Assembly (NCBI GenBank): GCA_023474425.1
Contig: JAMCXX010000002.1
Span: 4,217-68,216 of the forward strand
Reading direction: 5' to 3'
Origin: Patescibacteria group bacterium
Lineage (GTDB): Bacteria > Patescibacteriota > WWE3 > JAMCXX01
DNA: 64,000 nucleotides
Positions within the stretch are counted from its first letter, which is position 1, and every line of letters starts with the position of its first letter. The position numbers and the translations under genes were made by a program. The notes beneath the pieces were generated by a model. That model made no database searches, had not been told where the DNA came from, and was given only the letters and a program-made list of their open reading frames with translations. Shown here piece by piece: positions 1 to 8,996 of this stretch.

Positions 1-932
1 TTTCCAAAAGATTTGTGGAGGAGGACTCCAACATTAAGCCGCTCATTATTGTGGCCGATAACGGCTCCACCCCCGAAGACGCTTTGGGCCTGGGCATTTT
101 AAAAACTTTGGGCTACGAAGCCATGGTTGTTGACCACCATCATCCGGTTATTCTTAAAGACGGGTTCACGGCCGTGGATGAATTTGTAGCTCACCATTTA
201 AACCCCTACAAGCTGGGCTTGGACAGCAAGACTTCGGCGGGCATGCTCTGCTTTGAGCTGGCCCGCTTTATTTGGGAAAACTTTAACGAACCAAAACTGC
301 CGGCCGTGGCCGGCATTGCCGACCGCTGCGAAGTGGAAGAAACCGAGAACTACATTAAAGAGACCGGCATGAGCCGCGAGGATTTGGCCAAAATCGGCAC
401 GGCCATTGACTACATTTCCTACCAGCTCAAGCACGACCCGGGCAAGGGCGTTTACGAGGAACTTTTTGCCAACTTTGACTTTGTTAAACTCATTAACGAC
501 GAGGTGCGCCAGGGATTTGAAACGCAGCTTAAAAGCACCCTGCCTTATTTGCGGACTCAGGAAATCAACGGCCTCGTCTTCTCCATGATTGATGTGGAAA
601 AATACACTATGCGCTTTACCTACCCGGCGCCGGGCGCGGTGGTGAGCCGCATTCACGAAGTCACCCTCAGCGAAAACGAGGGTCGGCCGGTTTTAACCGT
701 CGGCTACCTTACGGACATGATGATTGTGAGAGCCTCAAAGCCGGTTCTGCCCATCCAAAAAATAATTGAGGATTTAAAAGAAAAATTCCCTCACGCCGGG
801 GTTGAGGGCGGCGGGCACGAAATGGCCGGAGCGATACGATTTGTGGCTGCTTTTCGCGAAGAACTTTTGGAAGAGGTTAGAAATTTGGTCAAGCAAACTT
901 CCGCAAACGGCGGCGAAACCCCGCAAAGATAG
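1..932 (+). CDS. DHH/DHHA1 family phosphoesterase (RecJ-like), 5' end cut by window edge
   Basis: The frame is open to position 1. DHH motif VVDHHHP and DHHA1 motif GGGHEMAGA are present. Confidence 0.75.
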   Translation, partial: SKRFVEEDSNIKPLIIVADNGSTPEDALGLGILKTLGYEAMVVDHHHPVILKDGFTAVDEFVAHHLNPYKLGLDSKTSAGMLCFELARFIWENFNEPKLPAVAGIADRCEVEETENYIKETGMSREDLAKIGTAIDYISYQLKHDPGKGVYEELFANFDFVKLINDEVRQGFETQLKSTLPYLRTQEINGLVFSMIDVEKYTMRFTYPAPGAVVSRIHEVTLSENEGRPVLTVGYLTDMMIVRASKPVLPIQKIIEDLKEKFPHAGVEGGGHEMAGAIRFVAAFREELLEEVRNLVKQTSANGGETPQR

Positions 933-978
933 TATATTTCGACAACGGGCCTAATTTTGGTAAAATTCAACTATTGCC

Positions 979-1542
979 ATGTTTGACCGTTGGCACCGCT
1001 ACCGTTATAAAAATATTACTTACTTAAGTTTAAGTCTGGTTTTGGCAATTCTGCTAATTTCCAATGACCGCTTTCACGAACTTCTTTTGCACATCGGCTC
1101 GCTCGGCTATCTTGGAGCCCTGCTTGGCGGAGCCCTCTTTGTTTCCACCTTCACCGTGGCCTCGGGAACGGTAATTCTTATGATTCTGGCCGAATCCCTG
1201 CCGCCCGTTTATGTGGGACTTATTGCCGGTTTGGGAGCGGTGGTCGGCGATCTTCTTATTTTCCGGTCAATCCGCAATAAAGGTTTAGCAAGCGAAATTG
1301 AGCATTTCTTCGAATACTTCGGCGGCGACAAAATTTCCCACCTCGTTCATTCCAAATACTTCAGCTGGACCCTGCCGGTAATCGGCGCCCTAATTATTGC
1401 CTCGCCGCTGCCCGACGAGCTGGGGGTAGGACTTATGGGCATTTCCAAAATGAAGACACGAAATTTTGTAATTTTTTCGTTTATTTTAAACAGCCTGGGC
1501 ATAATTTTGGTCATTAGCGCCGCGCTAGTTTTTAAACCTTAA
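979..1542 (+). CDS. integral membrane protein, function unknown
   Basis: 187-aa ORF with several hydrophobic helices. No family is confidently recognised. Confidence 0.55.
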   Translation: MFDRWHRYRYKNITYLSLSLVLAILLISNDRFHELLLHIGSLGYLGALLGGALFVSTFTVASGTVILMILAESLPPVYVGLIAGLGAVVGDLLIFRSIRNKGLASEIEHFFEYFGGDKISHLVHSKYFSWTLPVIGALIIASPLPDELGVGLMGISKMKTRNFVIFSFILNSLGIILVISAALVFKP

Positions 1543-1543
1543 A

Positions 1544-1990
1544 ATGAAATCGGGATTAGCCAGAGTTTTTTTATATTTGGCCCTCATTCAATCACTCGCG
1601 GCTACTTTGGGCAGTTTGTACTTTAGCGAAATTAAACACTTTGCCCCCTGCTCCCTTTGCTGGTTTCAAAGAATTTTTATGTATCCCTTGGTTATAATTC
1701 TTGCCGTGGGAATCTTAAGACGCGACGAAAAAGTCGGCTTTTATGCCCTGCCTACGGCCTCTTTGGGCTGGCTTATTGCCTTCTACCAAAACCTTCTTTA
1801 CTACGGTTTTCTGGCCCAAGGATTTACCCTTTGTGAAAACGGCATTTCCTGCACCGCTCAATATCCTCTTGGCCCGGGGTTTCTTTCCATTCCCCTCCTT
1901 TCCCTCCTGGCCTTCACCGCAATTATTTTCTGCCTAGTTCTTTACCACTCGACCATTCTTAGACAAAGCCCGGAAAAAAATCCGTCTTAA
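1544..1990 (+). CDS. DsbB/BdbC-type disulfide bond formation protein
   Basis: Four-TM protein with a CSLCWFQRIFMYP (CxxC-W-QR) signature and a second Cys pair in a later loop. Confidence 0.75.
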   Translation: MKSGLARVFLYLALIQSLAATLGSLYFSEIKHFAPCSLCWFQRIFMYPLVIILAVGILRRDEKVGFYALPTASLGWLIAFYQNLLYYGFLAQGFTLCENGISCTAQYPLGPGFLSIPLLSLLAFTAIIFCLVLYHSTILRQSPEKNPS

Positions 1991-3497
1991 TATTCCCCGA
2001 GGCCACGCCCAAACCTTTTAAGATATAATTAAATGAATCAACCAACGCGTGCGGCCCGGAGAGGTAAAAAAGACTTTCCTTAAAATCCGGCGCTTTCCTT
2101 TTAATATCCTCCGCCATCAGAAACCCCCGGCCGCCCGGCCAGCCGGAGGGTACATTAGAATCGGTAATGGTGTAATAAACTCTAAGACCTATTTTTTCAC
2201 GGGCCTGGTCAAAAAGAGAGGTGTAGGCAAAATCTTTTGCGCTCGAGGCCGAATAAATGAGAGTTACCGGTCTTTTTTCCCTTTTGTCCAAAAGGTAGCG
2301 AACCATACTGCGAAAGGGGGTAACGCCTATGCCGCCGGCAATAAAAACAAGTTTTCTGGTTTTGTCCTTAGGCAGGGTAAAGTCGCCGGCAAGAGAACCG
2401 GCCGTAACCTTTGCGCCAGGATTTAGGGCCATTAAGGCTTCCTTAAAACTGCTTGGCGGCGAGTAAAATTTAACGCCGATGCGCAAAAACTTTTCCGTGG
2501 GCGAGGAAGCAAGGGTAAAGTAGCGGCGGTTGCCCCGGGCATCAATCGAAGGGTGCGGCAAAGTCCACTCCATGTATTGCCCGGGAGAAAAAGCCGGCTG
2601 TTTGGGCGAATAAAAAACGAAATCATAAACATTTTTGGCAACCTCAACTTTATCTTTAAGAATTAGGGTTAGTTTTCCCTTAGGACTTGCTAAATAGGAA
2701 AAAATATTGCCGGCAACAAGGGCCAGCTCGGGCGTGGAATAGAGCGCTCCCAAATGCACCGGCGGCGGAAACAAAAACCCCACCAAAGCGCCGTAGAGAA
2801 TCTGCAGATTTTTGGTGGGCGGCGTGGTTAAGGGTTCGGTAAGCATGACGCAGGCAAAAAAGACGAGCGGCGAGTCAAGCAAAGCTCGGCTTAAAACATC
2901 AAGAGGCGAGGAACCGCGAAGCAAACCGAGGAGGGCCAAAAAAGCTGCGGCCGTAATAAGAAAAGCGGCAACCAAAAGAGAGCGCCGCAGCTTTCGGACA
3001 ATTAGCAGTCCGCCCACCAAAACAAAAGGCAGAATAGCCTGACTTCCCACCCACCAGCTGGCCGAATGATTAATGGTTAGGGCGGTGACGGCGACGGAGA
3101 GAGCCGCCGGATTAAAAAAGTGTTTGCGGTTCTTAGCCAGTATGTATTTGGAGGCCATGGAAAGAACCGCCGCCCAAAAAAGGAAAACTAAATCGCCGCC
3201 CGACTTCGCCGGTGATATAATTAATGATAGTATGAGGGCCGTAATGTAAACCGATTCAAGGTTCTTAGGCGCTTCAAAAACGCGGGCAAAAACAGAATTG
3301 GCCAGAAAACTGGCGCCCACCAGAAAGGCCGCCGAGAAGGCCAAGGCCAAAGGACTGAAAGGCAAAAAGCCGAGGGCGCTTAAAAAAAGGGCGGCGAGAA
3401 GAATAAGAACCAAATAATTTAGGGTCAGCCGGTACATAGTGGTGTTGTTTAAATAGCGGTCAATTTCCTTAATCATAATTTTGGCAATAAAGCTCAA
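1959..3497 (-). CDS. polytopic membrane domain fused to FNR-type FAD/NAD(P)-binding oxidoreductase
   Basis: The N-terminal roughly 250 aa are hydrophobic. The C-terminus carries RRYFTLASSP (RxYS FAD motif) and GGIGVTPF (NAD(P) motif). Confidence 0.7.
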   Translation of the reverse strand: MSFIAKIMIKEIDRYLNNTTMYRLTLNYLVLILLAALFLSALGFLPFSPLALAFSAAFLVGASFLANSVFARVFEAPKNLESVYITALILSLIISPAKSGGDLVFLFWAAVLSMASKYILAKNRKHFFNPAALSVAVTALTINHSASWWVGSQAILPFVLVGGLLIVRKLRRSLLVAAFLITAAAFLALLGLLRGSSPLDVLSRALLDSPLVFFACVMLTEPLTTPPTKNLQILYGALVGFLFPPPVHLGALYSTPELALVAGNIFSYLASPKGKLTLILKDKVEVAKNVYDFVFYSPKQPAFSPGQYMEWTLPHPSIDARGNRRYFTLASSPTEKFLRIGVKFYSPPSSFKEALMALNPGAKVTAGSLAGDFTLPKDKTRKLVFIAGGIGVTPFRSMVRYLLDKREKRPVTLIYSASSAKDFAYTSLFDQAREKIGLRVYYTITDSNVPSGWPGGRGFLMAEDIKRKAPDFKESLFYLSGPHALVDSFNYILKGLGVASGNIKTDFFPGFV

Positions 3498-4221
3498 AAC
3501 CCGAGGTTAAGGTGGCCCGGCCCTCCAGATCAATCAAATACCCTTCCAAACCCGGCCTTTTTTCAATAAACTCAATCCCCCGCCGCCCCATGGCAAAGGC
3601 GGCGGTGGCAAATCGGTCCGCCTCGTAAATGTTTGGGCCAACAACGGTGAGACTAACAACGTCTTCAATTTTTTCGGACGGATTGTGAGGGTTGTAGATG
3701 TGCTGGCCGCGAATATAAGTGCCGGAGGTTGCCAATCCCCCACCGTTTTTAAGATAAACAATTTTAACAACTTCGTTCTCGTCAAACGGATTCTTAATAC
3801 CCAAACTCCAGGGTTTTTTTTGCCCGTTTAAACCGCTTACCTCAATATCTCCGCCGGCATCCACATAAAAATTTTTAAACCCCTCCCCCTTAACAATCTG
3901 CGCCGCCTTATAAATGGCCCACCCCTTCACTAGCCCCGAAGGATCACATTTGCCGTGGTGGAAAATATTAAAATATCCGTTCGTTTCCTGCCGCGTTGCC
4001 TCGCAAAGTGAAAGAATTTCCCTCATTTCGCCGCTATAATCCTGCGGTTTCAAACGCCCGGAATTAATGAGACCAATATAGCTCTCCTCTTTGTAAGGAC
4101 TGTATTTTTGGTCGACTTGGGAAAAATAATCAAAAACCCGGTCGAAGTGGCTTTGTGAGGCGCTTCCGTCAACAATTTCCAAGGTTACCGGCATGCCCAT
4201 AATTAGTCTTGTCTGTTTCAT
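3469..4221 (-). CDS. apbE: FAD:protein FMN transferase (ApbE family)
   Basis: ApbE-like length and motifs (GGGLATSGTY). Adjacent to an FMN-binding-domain protein carrying an SGAT acceptor site. Confidence 0.85.
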   Translation of the reverse strand: MKQTRLIMGMPVTLEIVDGSASQSHFDRVFDYFSQVDQKYSPYKEESYIGLINSGRLKPQDYSGEMREILSLCEATRQETNGYFNIFHHGKCDPSGLVKGWAIYKAAQIVKGEGFKNFYVDAGGDIEVSGLNGQKKPWSLGIKNPFDENEVVKIVYLKNGGGLATSGTYIRGQHIYNPHNPSEKIEDVVSLTVVGPNIYEADRFATAAFAMGRRGIEFIEKRPGLEGYLIDLEGRATLTSGFELYCQNYD

Positions 4222-4230
4222 AAACAGTTA

Positions 4231-4713
4231 TTAATTGGCCTGGGAAAGAGCCGAATCAAGCGATTTCATGAATGCCAAACTGGTCTGGGTAGCTCCGGAA
4301 ACCACATCCACCTTAGCGCTCTGGGCAGTTAAAGCTTCGGACTTTAAAATCGGCGTGGCGTAGGAATTAATTTCCAGGGAAGTTTGGCGGTCGTGCGGAT
4401 AATCCAAAAACTGAAGATCGCTGATTTTGCCGGCGGAAACGGTAACGCTCACCTGAACATTCCCGTAAAAAGCGTCAACCACGCTGCCCGTATACCGGCC
4501 GTCCTTATAAGACATCATGCCGGGCATATGCCCCGGCGGGGTCATCATGGGCTTAGGCGGCGCCCCGGGCGCTGTTGAAGATCCTCCCTGGCTTTGATTT
4601 ACCGGCAAGAAATTGTTGGGTGTAGAGGACAATGATTCTCCATTAATTTTTTGCCTCAAGGCGTAAAGAGCAAAAGTTCCCACCACAAAAAAAGAAAGTA
4701 AAAATTTTTTCAT
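4231..4713 (-). CDS. secreted FMN-binding domain protein (flavinylation substrate)
   Basis: N-terminal signal/TM segment. C-terminal DVVSGATQTS matches the [S/T]GA[T/S] flavinylation motif. Confidence 0.75.
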   Translation of the reverse strand: MKKFLLSFFVVGTFALYALRQKINGESLSSTPNNFLPVNQSQGGSSTAPGAPPKPMMTPPGHMPGMMSYKDGRYTGSVVDAFYGNVQVSVTVSAGKISDLQFLDYPHDRQTSLEINSYATPILKSEALTAQSAKVDVVSGATQTSLAFMKSLDSALSQAN

Positions 4714-4851
4714 ATGTTATAAACTTTATAATTTTTATAACGCTTACAACTAAATATCCAAAAATTCTGAAATTTAGCTGATAACAAGATTAAATACAAA
4801 CCAAGTTCTCTTTCAGCTTATTTTAAGCTCCGGGAGTATAATCCGTTAAGT

Positions 4852-5526
4852 ATGCGGGTTTTAATCGTAGAAGACGAGCACAAAATTGCCAATTCCATTA
4901 AGAAGGGGCTCGAGCAGGAATCCCTGGCCGCCGATGTGGCCTACACCGGCACCGACGGATACGATTTGGCTTCAACAGAAGATTACGACTTAATTATTTT
5001 GGACCTCCTCTTGCCGGGTTTAAACGGCATTGAAATCTGCCGTAAACTGCGGTCGCAAAAAATCCATACGCCGATTTTAGTTCTCACCGCCAAGGGCCAG
5101 GTTGCCGACAAAGTGAACGGCTTAAACGCCGGGGCCGACGATTATTTAACCAAGCCTTTTGCCTTTGAAGAGCTTTTGGCCCGCATCAAGGCCCTTTCCC
5201 GACGCCCGCCAGAGCAGACCGGCACGGTCTTAAATTTTGACGACTTAACCCTTAACACCATTACTTATGAAGTTACCCGCGAGGGCAAAAGCCTAAATCT
5301 TTCCCGTAAGGAATTTTCTCTTCTGGAATATTTAATGCTCCACCCAAACCAGACTCTGACCAAAGACCAGATAATTAGTCACGTTTGGGATTATGATTCG
5401 GACATCCTGCCCAACACCGTAGAGGTTTACATTGGCTACCTGCGCGGCAAAATCGACAAACCCTTCCCCAAGAGGCCGGCCTTAATACATACTCTGCGCG
5501 GCTTTGGTTATCGACTAGGCAAATAA
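4852..5526 (+). CDS. OmpR-family response regulator
   Basis: Receiver domain (DLIILDLLLPGLNG) plus a winged-helix output domain (TVEVYIGYLRGKI). Confidence 0.9.
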   Translation: MRVLIVEDEHKIANSIKKGLEQESLAADVAYTGTDGYDLASTEDYDLIILDLLLPGLNGIEICRKLRSQKIHTPILVLTAKGQVADKVNGLNAGADDYLTKPFAFEELLARIKALSRRPPEQTGTVLNFDDLTLNTITYEVTREGKSLNLSRKEFSLLEYLMLHPNQTLTKDQIISHVWDYDSDILPNTVEVYIGYLRGKIDKPFPKRPALIHTLRGFGYRLGK

Positions 5527-5527
5527 A

Positions 5528-6604
5528 ATGTTTCACTCTGCGCGACTAAAACTAACAGCCTGGTACCTGCTCATTATAATGCTCGTAAGTCTAAGCTTCA
5601 GCCTGGCAATTTTCCGCATTGCCACCTCGGAACTGGACCGGGTGGAGCGAATTGCCCGGCTTCGGGCCGAAAGCGGCTTTCTTCCTCGGCCGTCAATCAG
5701 CAGCTCGCCTCTAAATCCCGGCGAGTCTTTAAGATTAGTTTTTCTTGATCCCGACTTGATTGCCGAAACCAAAAACCGCCTGGGCTTAATTCTTATTCTC
5801 ATTAACTTAGGAATTTTGGGCACCTCGGCTGTGGCCGGCTATTTTTTGGCCGGGCTAACCCTAAAACCCATTGCTGAAATGGTTGAGGAGCAGAGCAGGT
5901 TTGTCACCGACGCCTCGCATGAGCTGCGTACGCCCTTAACCTCGCTTAAATCGGAAATCGAGGTAGGCCTGCGCGACCAAAATATAACCTTGGCAGAGGC
6001 TAAAGATATTTTGCAAAGCAATCTCGAGGAAGTTAACAGCCTGCAAACGCTTTCCGACGCGCTCATAAAACTTACACAATACCGGGCCGTAAGCAATAAT
6101 TTGGATGTCACCGATGTTTCCCTCAAAAATCTTGCCGAGAGCGCAATTAAAAAGGTGGAGGGCTTAGCCAAGAGTAAGAACATTACCCTTAACAACAAAG
6201 TCGGAGACTTAAATCTTGAGGGTCACCTGCCCTCGCTCACCGAACTTATGGTTATTCTTTTGGACAATGCAATTAAGTACAGCCCCGAGGGCAAAACGGT
6301 TTTTTTAAGCTCGGAGAAAAACGACGGCTGGGTTTACTTAAGTATTTCCGACGAAGGGCCCGGCATTGACGAGAAAGACTTGCCCCATGTTTTCGACCGA
6401 TTTTACCGCGCCGATAAATCCCGCACCAAATCCGACACTCCCGGCTACGGCCTGGGACTTTCCATTGCCAGACAAATTGTGGAGAATCATCACGGCTCAA
6501 TCAAAGCTTTAAGTCTTCCCGGCCGAGGCGCCGCCTTCACCGTTCAACTGCCCTTAAAACACAATCCAAAAACTTCCGGATTTTCTAAGCCTATTTTCAG
6601 TTAG
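5528..6604 (+). CDS. sensor histidine kinase
   Basis: H-box FVTDASHELRTPLT and G2 box GYGLGLSIARQIV, with two N-terminal TM segments. The start is 2 nt after the regulator's stop codon. Confidence 0.9.
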   Translation: MFHSARLKLTAWYLLIIMLVSLSFSLAIFRIATSELDRVERIARLRAESGFLPRPSISSSPLNPGESLRLVFLDPDLIAETKNRLGLILILINLGILGTSAVAGYFLAGLTLKPIAEMVEEQSRFVTDASHELRTPLTSLKSEIEVGLRDQNITLAEAKDILQSNLEEVNSLQTLSDALIKLTQYRAVSNNLDVTDVSLKNLAESAIKKVEGLAKSKNITLNNKVGDLNLEGHLPSLTELMVILLDNAIKYSPEGKTVFLSSEKNDGWVYLSISDEGPGIDEKDLPHVFDRFYRADKSRTKSDTPGYGLGLSIARQIVENHHGSIKALSLPGRGAAFTVQLPLKHNPKTSGFSKPIFS

Positions 6605-6641
6605 AAATTGTGGAATTAGTGCCGCGGTTGAGATTGGGCGA

Positions 6642-6728
6642 GGTTGGGCACAAAAGCGAGCGTTGAGGCGGGACCGTCCCGCCTTTGGCGGGACGGGGGA
6701 CTCCTTGAGCGAGTCTTTGTGACCAACC
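6642..6728. repeat. divergent member of the structured intergenic repeat family (copy D)
   Basis: Outer stem GGTTGG...CCAACC. It shares the CCCGCC-AAAG/CTTTG-GCGGGA hairpin and a GGAGTCC/GGACTCC block with copy A. Orientation is ambiguous. Confidence 0.45.
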
Positions 6729-6786
6729 AAGCCGTAATTAAGAGCGGCCATTTCAACATCTTGACCTGCGGACATTTAAGCAGATT

Positions 6787-8091
6787 ATGTTCGAACGAAT
6801 TAAAAAAATTCTTAGAAACCGCCGCAATCTTGCGGTTATTATTTTGCTTCTTATAGCGGCCTTCTTTTTTGGCCGCCGCTTCCTGACTTCAAGCAAAACT
6901 TCCGTCCAATACCAAACGGCTGATGCGCAAAAAGGCACTCTGGTAACCTCTGTGACTGCTTCCGGCAACGTCTCGGCCGGCGACAGCGTTACTGTGAGCA
7001 CCACGGCCACCGGCGTGGTGAGCCGAGTTTTTGTAAAAAACGGAGACAAAGTGGAGCAGGGACAAAAAATTGCCGAAATAACTCTTGACCAGGATTCGCA
7101 ACAGAGAGCCTCTTCGGCCTGGTCCTCTTACTTGTCCGCTAAAAACAGCCTAGCGAGCGCCAACCAAAATGTCCTCACAGTTCAACAGTCAATCGAGAAC
7201 GACAAAAGCAGCCTTTTGACCGCCCAGTCTAACGCAAACGGCACGGACAATTGGGACCCCACAAGCCCCGCCAAACAAAAACTCGACGAATCCAGACGCA
7301 GCGCCGAACTGGCTTTACAGATTGACTCAAGCAAAATGAACTCGGCCAACACCCAAATATTAAAAGCGCAAGCGGACCTTAACTCCGCCTGGCTTGCCTA
7401 CCAGTCGGTCGGCGGCACCATTACCGCCCCGATTACCGGTGTTGTTAGCAACCTGACTGTGGCCGAGGGTTCGGCCATCACCCCAAGTTCATCCTCGTCC
7501 AACAACTCACCGGCTTCGCAAAAGCTGGCCACGATTACCGTTCCCAACGGCCATGTGCAGGCTGTTGTTGATCTTTCGGAAATCGACGCCCCCAAGGTCA
7601 GCGCCGGTCAGAAAGCGACGCTCACGCTGGACGCTTTCCCCGGAAAAACTTTTACCGGCAAAGTAACACTCGTGGACACAAACGGCCAGATAAGTTCCGG
7701 AGTTACCACATACCCGGCTACGGTTATCTTCGACAACAATCCGGGCGGCATTTACCCAAACATGGGAGTGACCTCAAGCATTATTACCGCCGTCAAAGAA
7801 GGAGTGCTGCTTGTTCCTTCGGCCGCCGTGCAGACAACCGGCGGGCAGTCAACTGTTCGTGTCCAAAAGAACGGGCAAATTACCGCCGTTGAGGTGCAAA
7901 CCGGAGATTCAAATGACACGCAGACGGAAATCATTTCCGGAATAAACGATGGAGATACTGTGATTATTGGCTCAACGACGGGAGCCGCGGCTTCGGGACA
8001 AAACGCCTCCTCTCCCTTTAGTATTTTCGGCGGCGGCAACCGCGGCTTTGGCGGAGGCGGAGCGGTTATCCGCCGCATCGGTGGGGATTAG
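6787..8091 (+). CDS. efflux periplasmic adaptor (HlyD/MacA family)
   Basis: N-terminal TM segment, coiled-coil hairpin region and beta-barrel-like C-terminus. It lies directly upstream of MacB-type ATPase and FtsX permease genes. Confidence 0.8.
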   Translation: MFERIKKILRNRRNLAVIILLLIAAFFFGRRFLTSSKTSVQYQTADAQKGTLVTSVTASGNVSAGDSVTVSTTATGVVSRVFVKNGDKVEQGQKIAEITLDQDSQQRASSAWSSYLSAKNSLASANQNVLTVQQSIENDKSSLLTAQSNANGTDNWDPTSPAKQKLDESRRSAELALQIDSSKMNSANTQILKAQADLNSAWLAYQSVGGTITAPITGVVSNLTVAEGSAITPSSSSSNNSPASQKLATITVPNGHVQAVVDLSEIDAPKVSAGQKATLTLDAFPGKTFTGKVTLVDTNGQISSGVTTYPATVIFDNNPGGIYPNMGVTSSIITAVKEGVLLVPSAAVQTTGGQSTVRVQKNGQITAVEVQTGDSNDTQTEIISGINDGDTVIIGSTTGAAASGQNASSPFSIFGGGNRGFGGGGAVIRRIGGD

Positions 8092-8176
8092 AACATATTT
8101 CAATAGAGCAATGACGGAAATTCGCAGGAAAGGCAATTCTTCCGGCATCACCTACAACACTATCGACTGCCCGATA

Positions 8177-8276
8177 GGCGGGTGGCAAAGGCGGAGGGAG
8201 TCCCACCGAGCGACCGGAATCCCGCCAAAGGCGGGATGAGGACGTCGGGTGGGACGAGCCTTTGGCAGGACCCGCC
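8177..8276 (+). repeat. structured intergenic repeat, copy A (possible ncRNA)
   Basis: GGCGGGTGGCAAAGGCGGAGGGAGTCCCACCGAGCGACC...GTCGGGTGGGACGAGCCTTTGGCAGGACCCGCC. Nested stems are conserved with copies B and C. Confidence 0.6.
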
Positions 8277-8277
8277 A

Positions 8278-8988
8278 ATGGCTTTACATATTATGTCAAA
8301 TGAACCAACCATTCAAGTCAAAAATCTTGCCAAGGTTTACAAAATGGACGGCGTTGAGACCGTAGCCTTAACCGATGTTTCCTTCAAAATAAACAAAGGC
8401 GAATTTGTGGCTATTATGGGCCCATCCGGCTCGGGCAAGTCCACTCTCATGCACATTCTGGGCGCCCTCGACCTGCCGACTGCCGGCACCTACCTTTTGG
8501 ACGGACAGAATGTGGGGAAGCTTTCGGACGACGCATTGGCCGAAATCCGCAACCGTAAAATCGGTTTTGTTTTCCAGGCCTTTAACTTGCTTCCGCGAAC
8601 CACCGCTCTGGAAAATGTAATGCTGCCTATGGCCTACGCCGGTTTGCCAAAGAATGAAAGACAAAACAGCGCCCAGAAATTTTTGGAAATGGTGGGATTA
8701 AAAGACCGTATGGACCACACCTCAAACCAGCTTTCCGGCGGCCAACAGCAGAGGGTGGCCATTGCCCGGGCCTTAAGTCTTAATCCCTCAATTATTCTGG
8801 CCGACGAGCCGACCGGCAACATTGCCTCGGCCCAAGCCGAAGAAATTATGGACATATTTCAAAAACTCAACGAAGAAGGACACACCATTGTTATGATTAC
8901 CCACGAACCGGATATTGCGGAGCATGCCGAAAGAATTATTCATATCCGCGACGGCCGTCTGGTTGAAGACGCTCTTAACCATAAGTAA
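8278..8988 (+). CDS. ABC transporter ATP-binding protein (MacB/LolD-type)
   Basis: Walker [10 protein letters not shown], signature [15 protein letters not shown] and Walker B ILADEPTG. The start is moved to ATG 8278 because the upstream part of the tracked ORF is a translation of repeat A. Confidence 0.9.
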   Translation: MALHIMSNEPTIQVKNLAKVYKMDGVETVALTDVSFKINKGEFVAIMGPSGSGKSTLMHILGALDLPTAGTYLLDGQNVGKLSDDALAEIRNRKIGFVFQAFNLLPRTTALENVMLPMAYAGLPKNERQNSAQKFLEMVGLKDRMDHTSNQLSGGQQQRVAIARALSLNPSIILADEPTGNIASAQAEEIMDIFQKLNEEGHTIVMITHEPDIAEHAERIIHIRDGRLVEDALNHK

Positions 8989-8996
8989 ATTAGAGT

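Noticed and set aside
8182-8277. N-terminal extension of the MacB ATPase ORF (MAKAEGVPPSDRNPAKGG...), plus the similar peptides in ORFs 10213-10413 and 34552-34770.
   Set aside because: The recurring AKAEGVP[PS]SDR peptide is simply the translation of the structured repeat. The real ATPase starts at ATG 8278 (or 8293).
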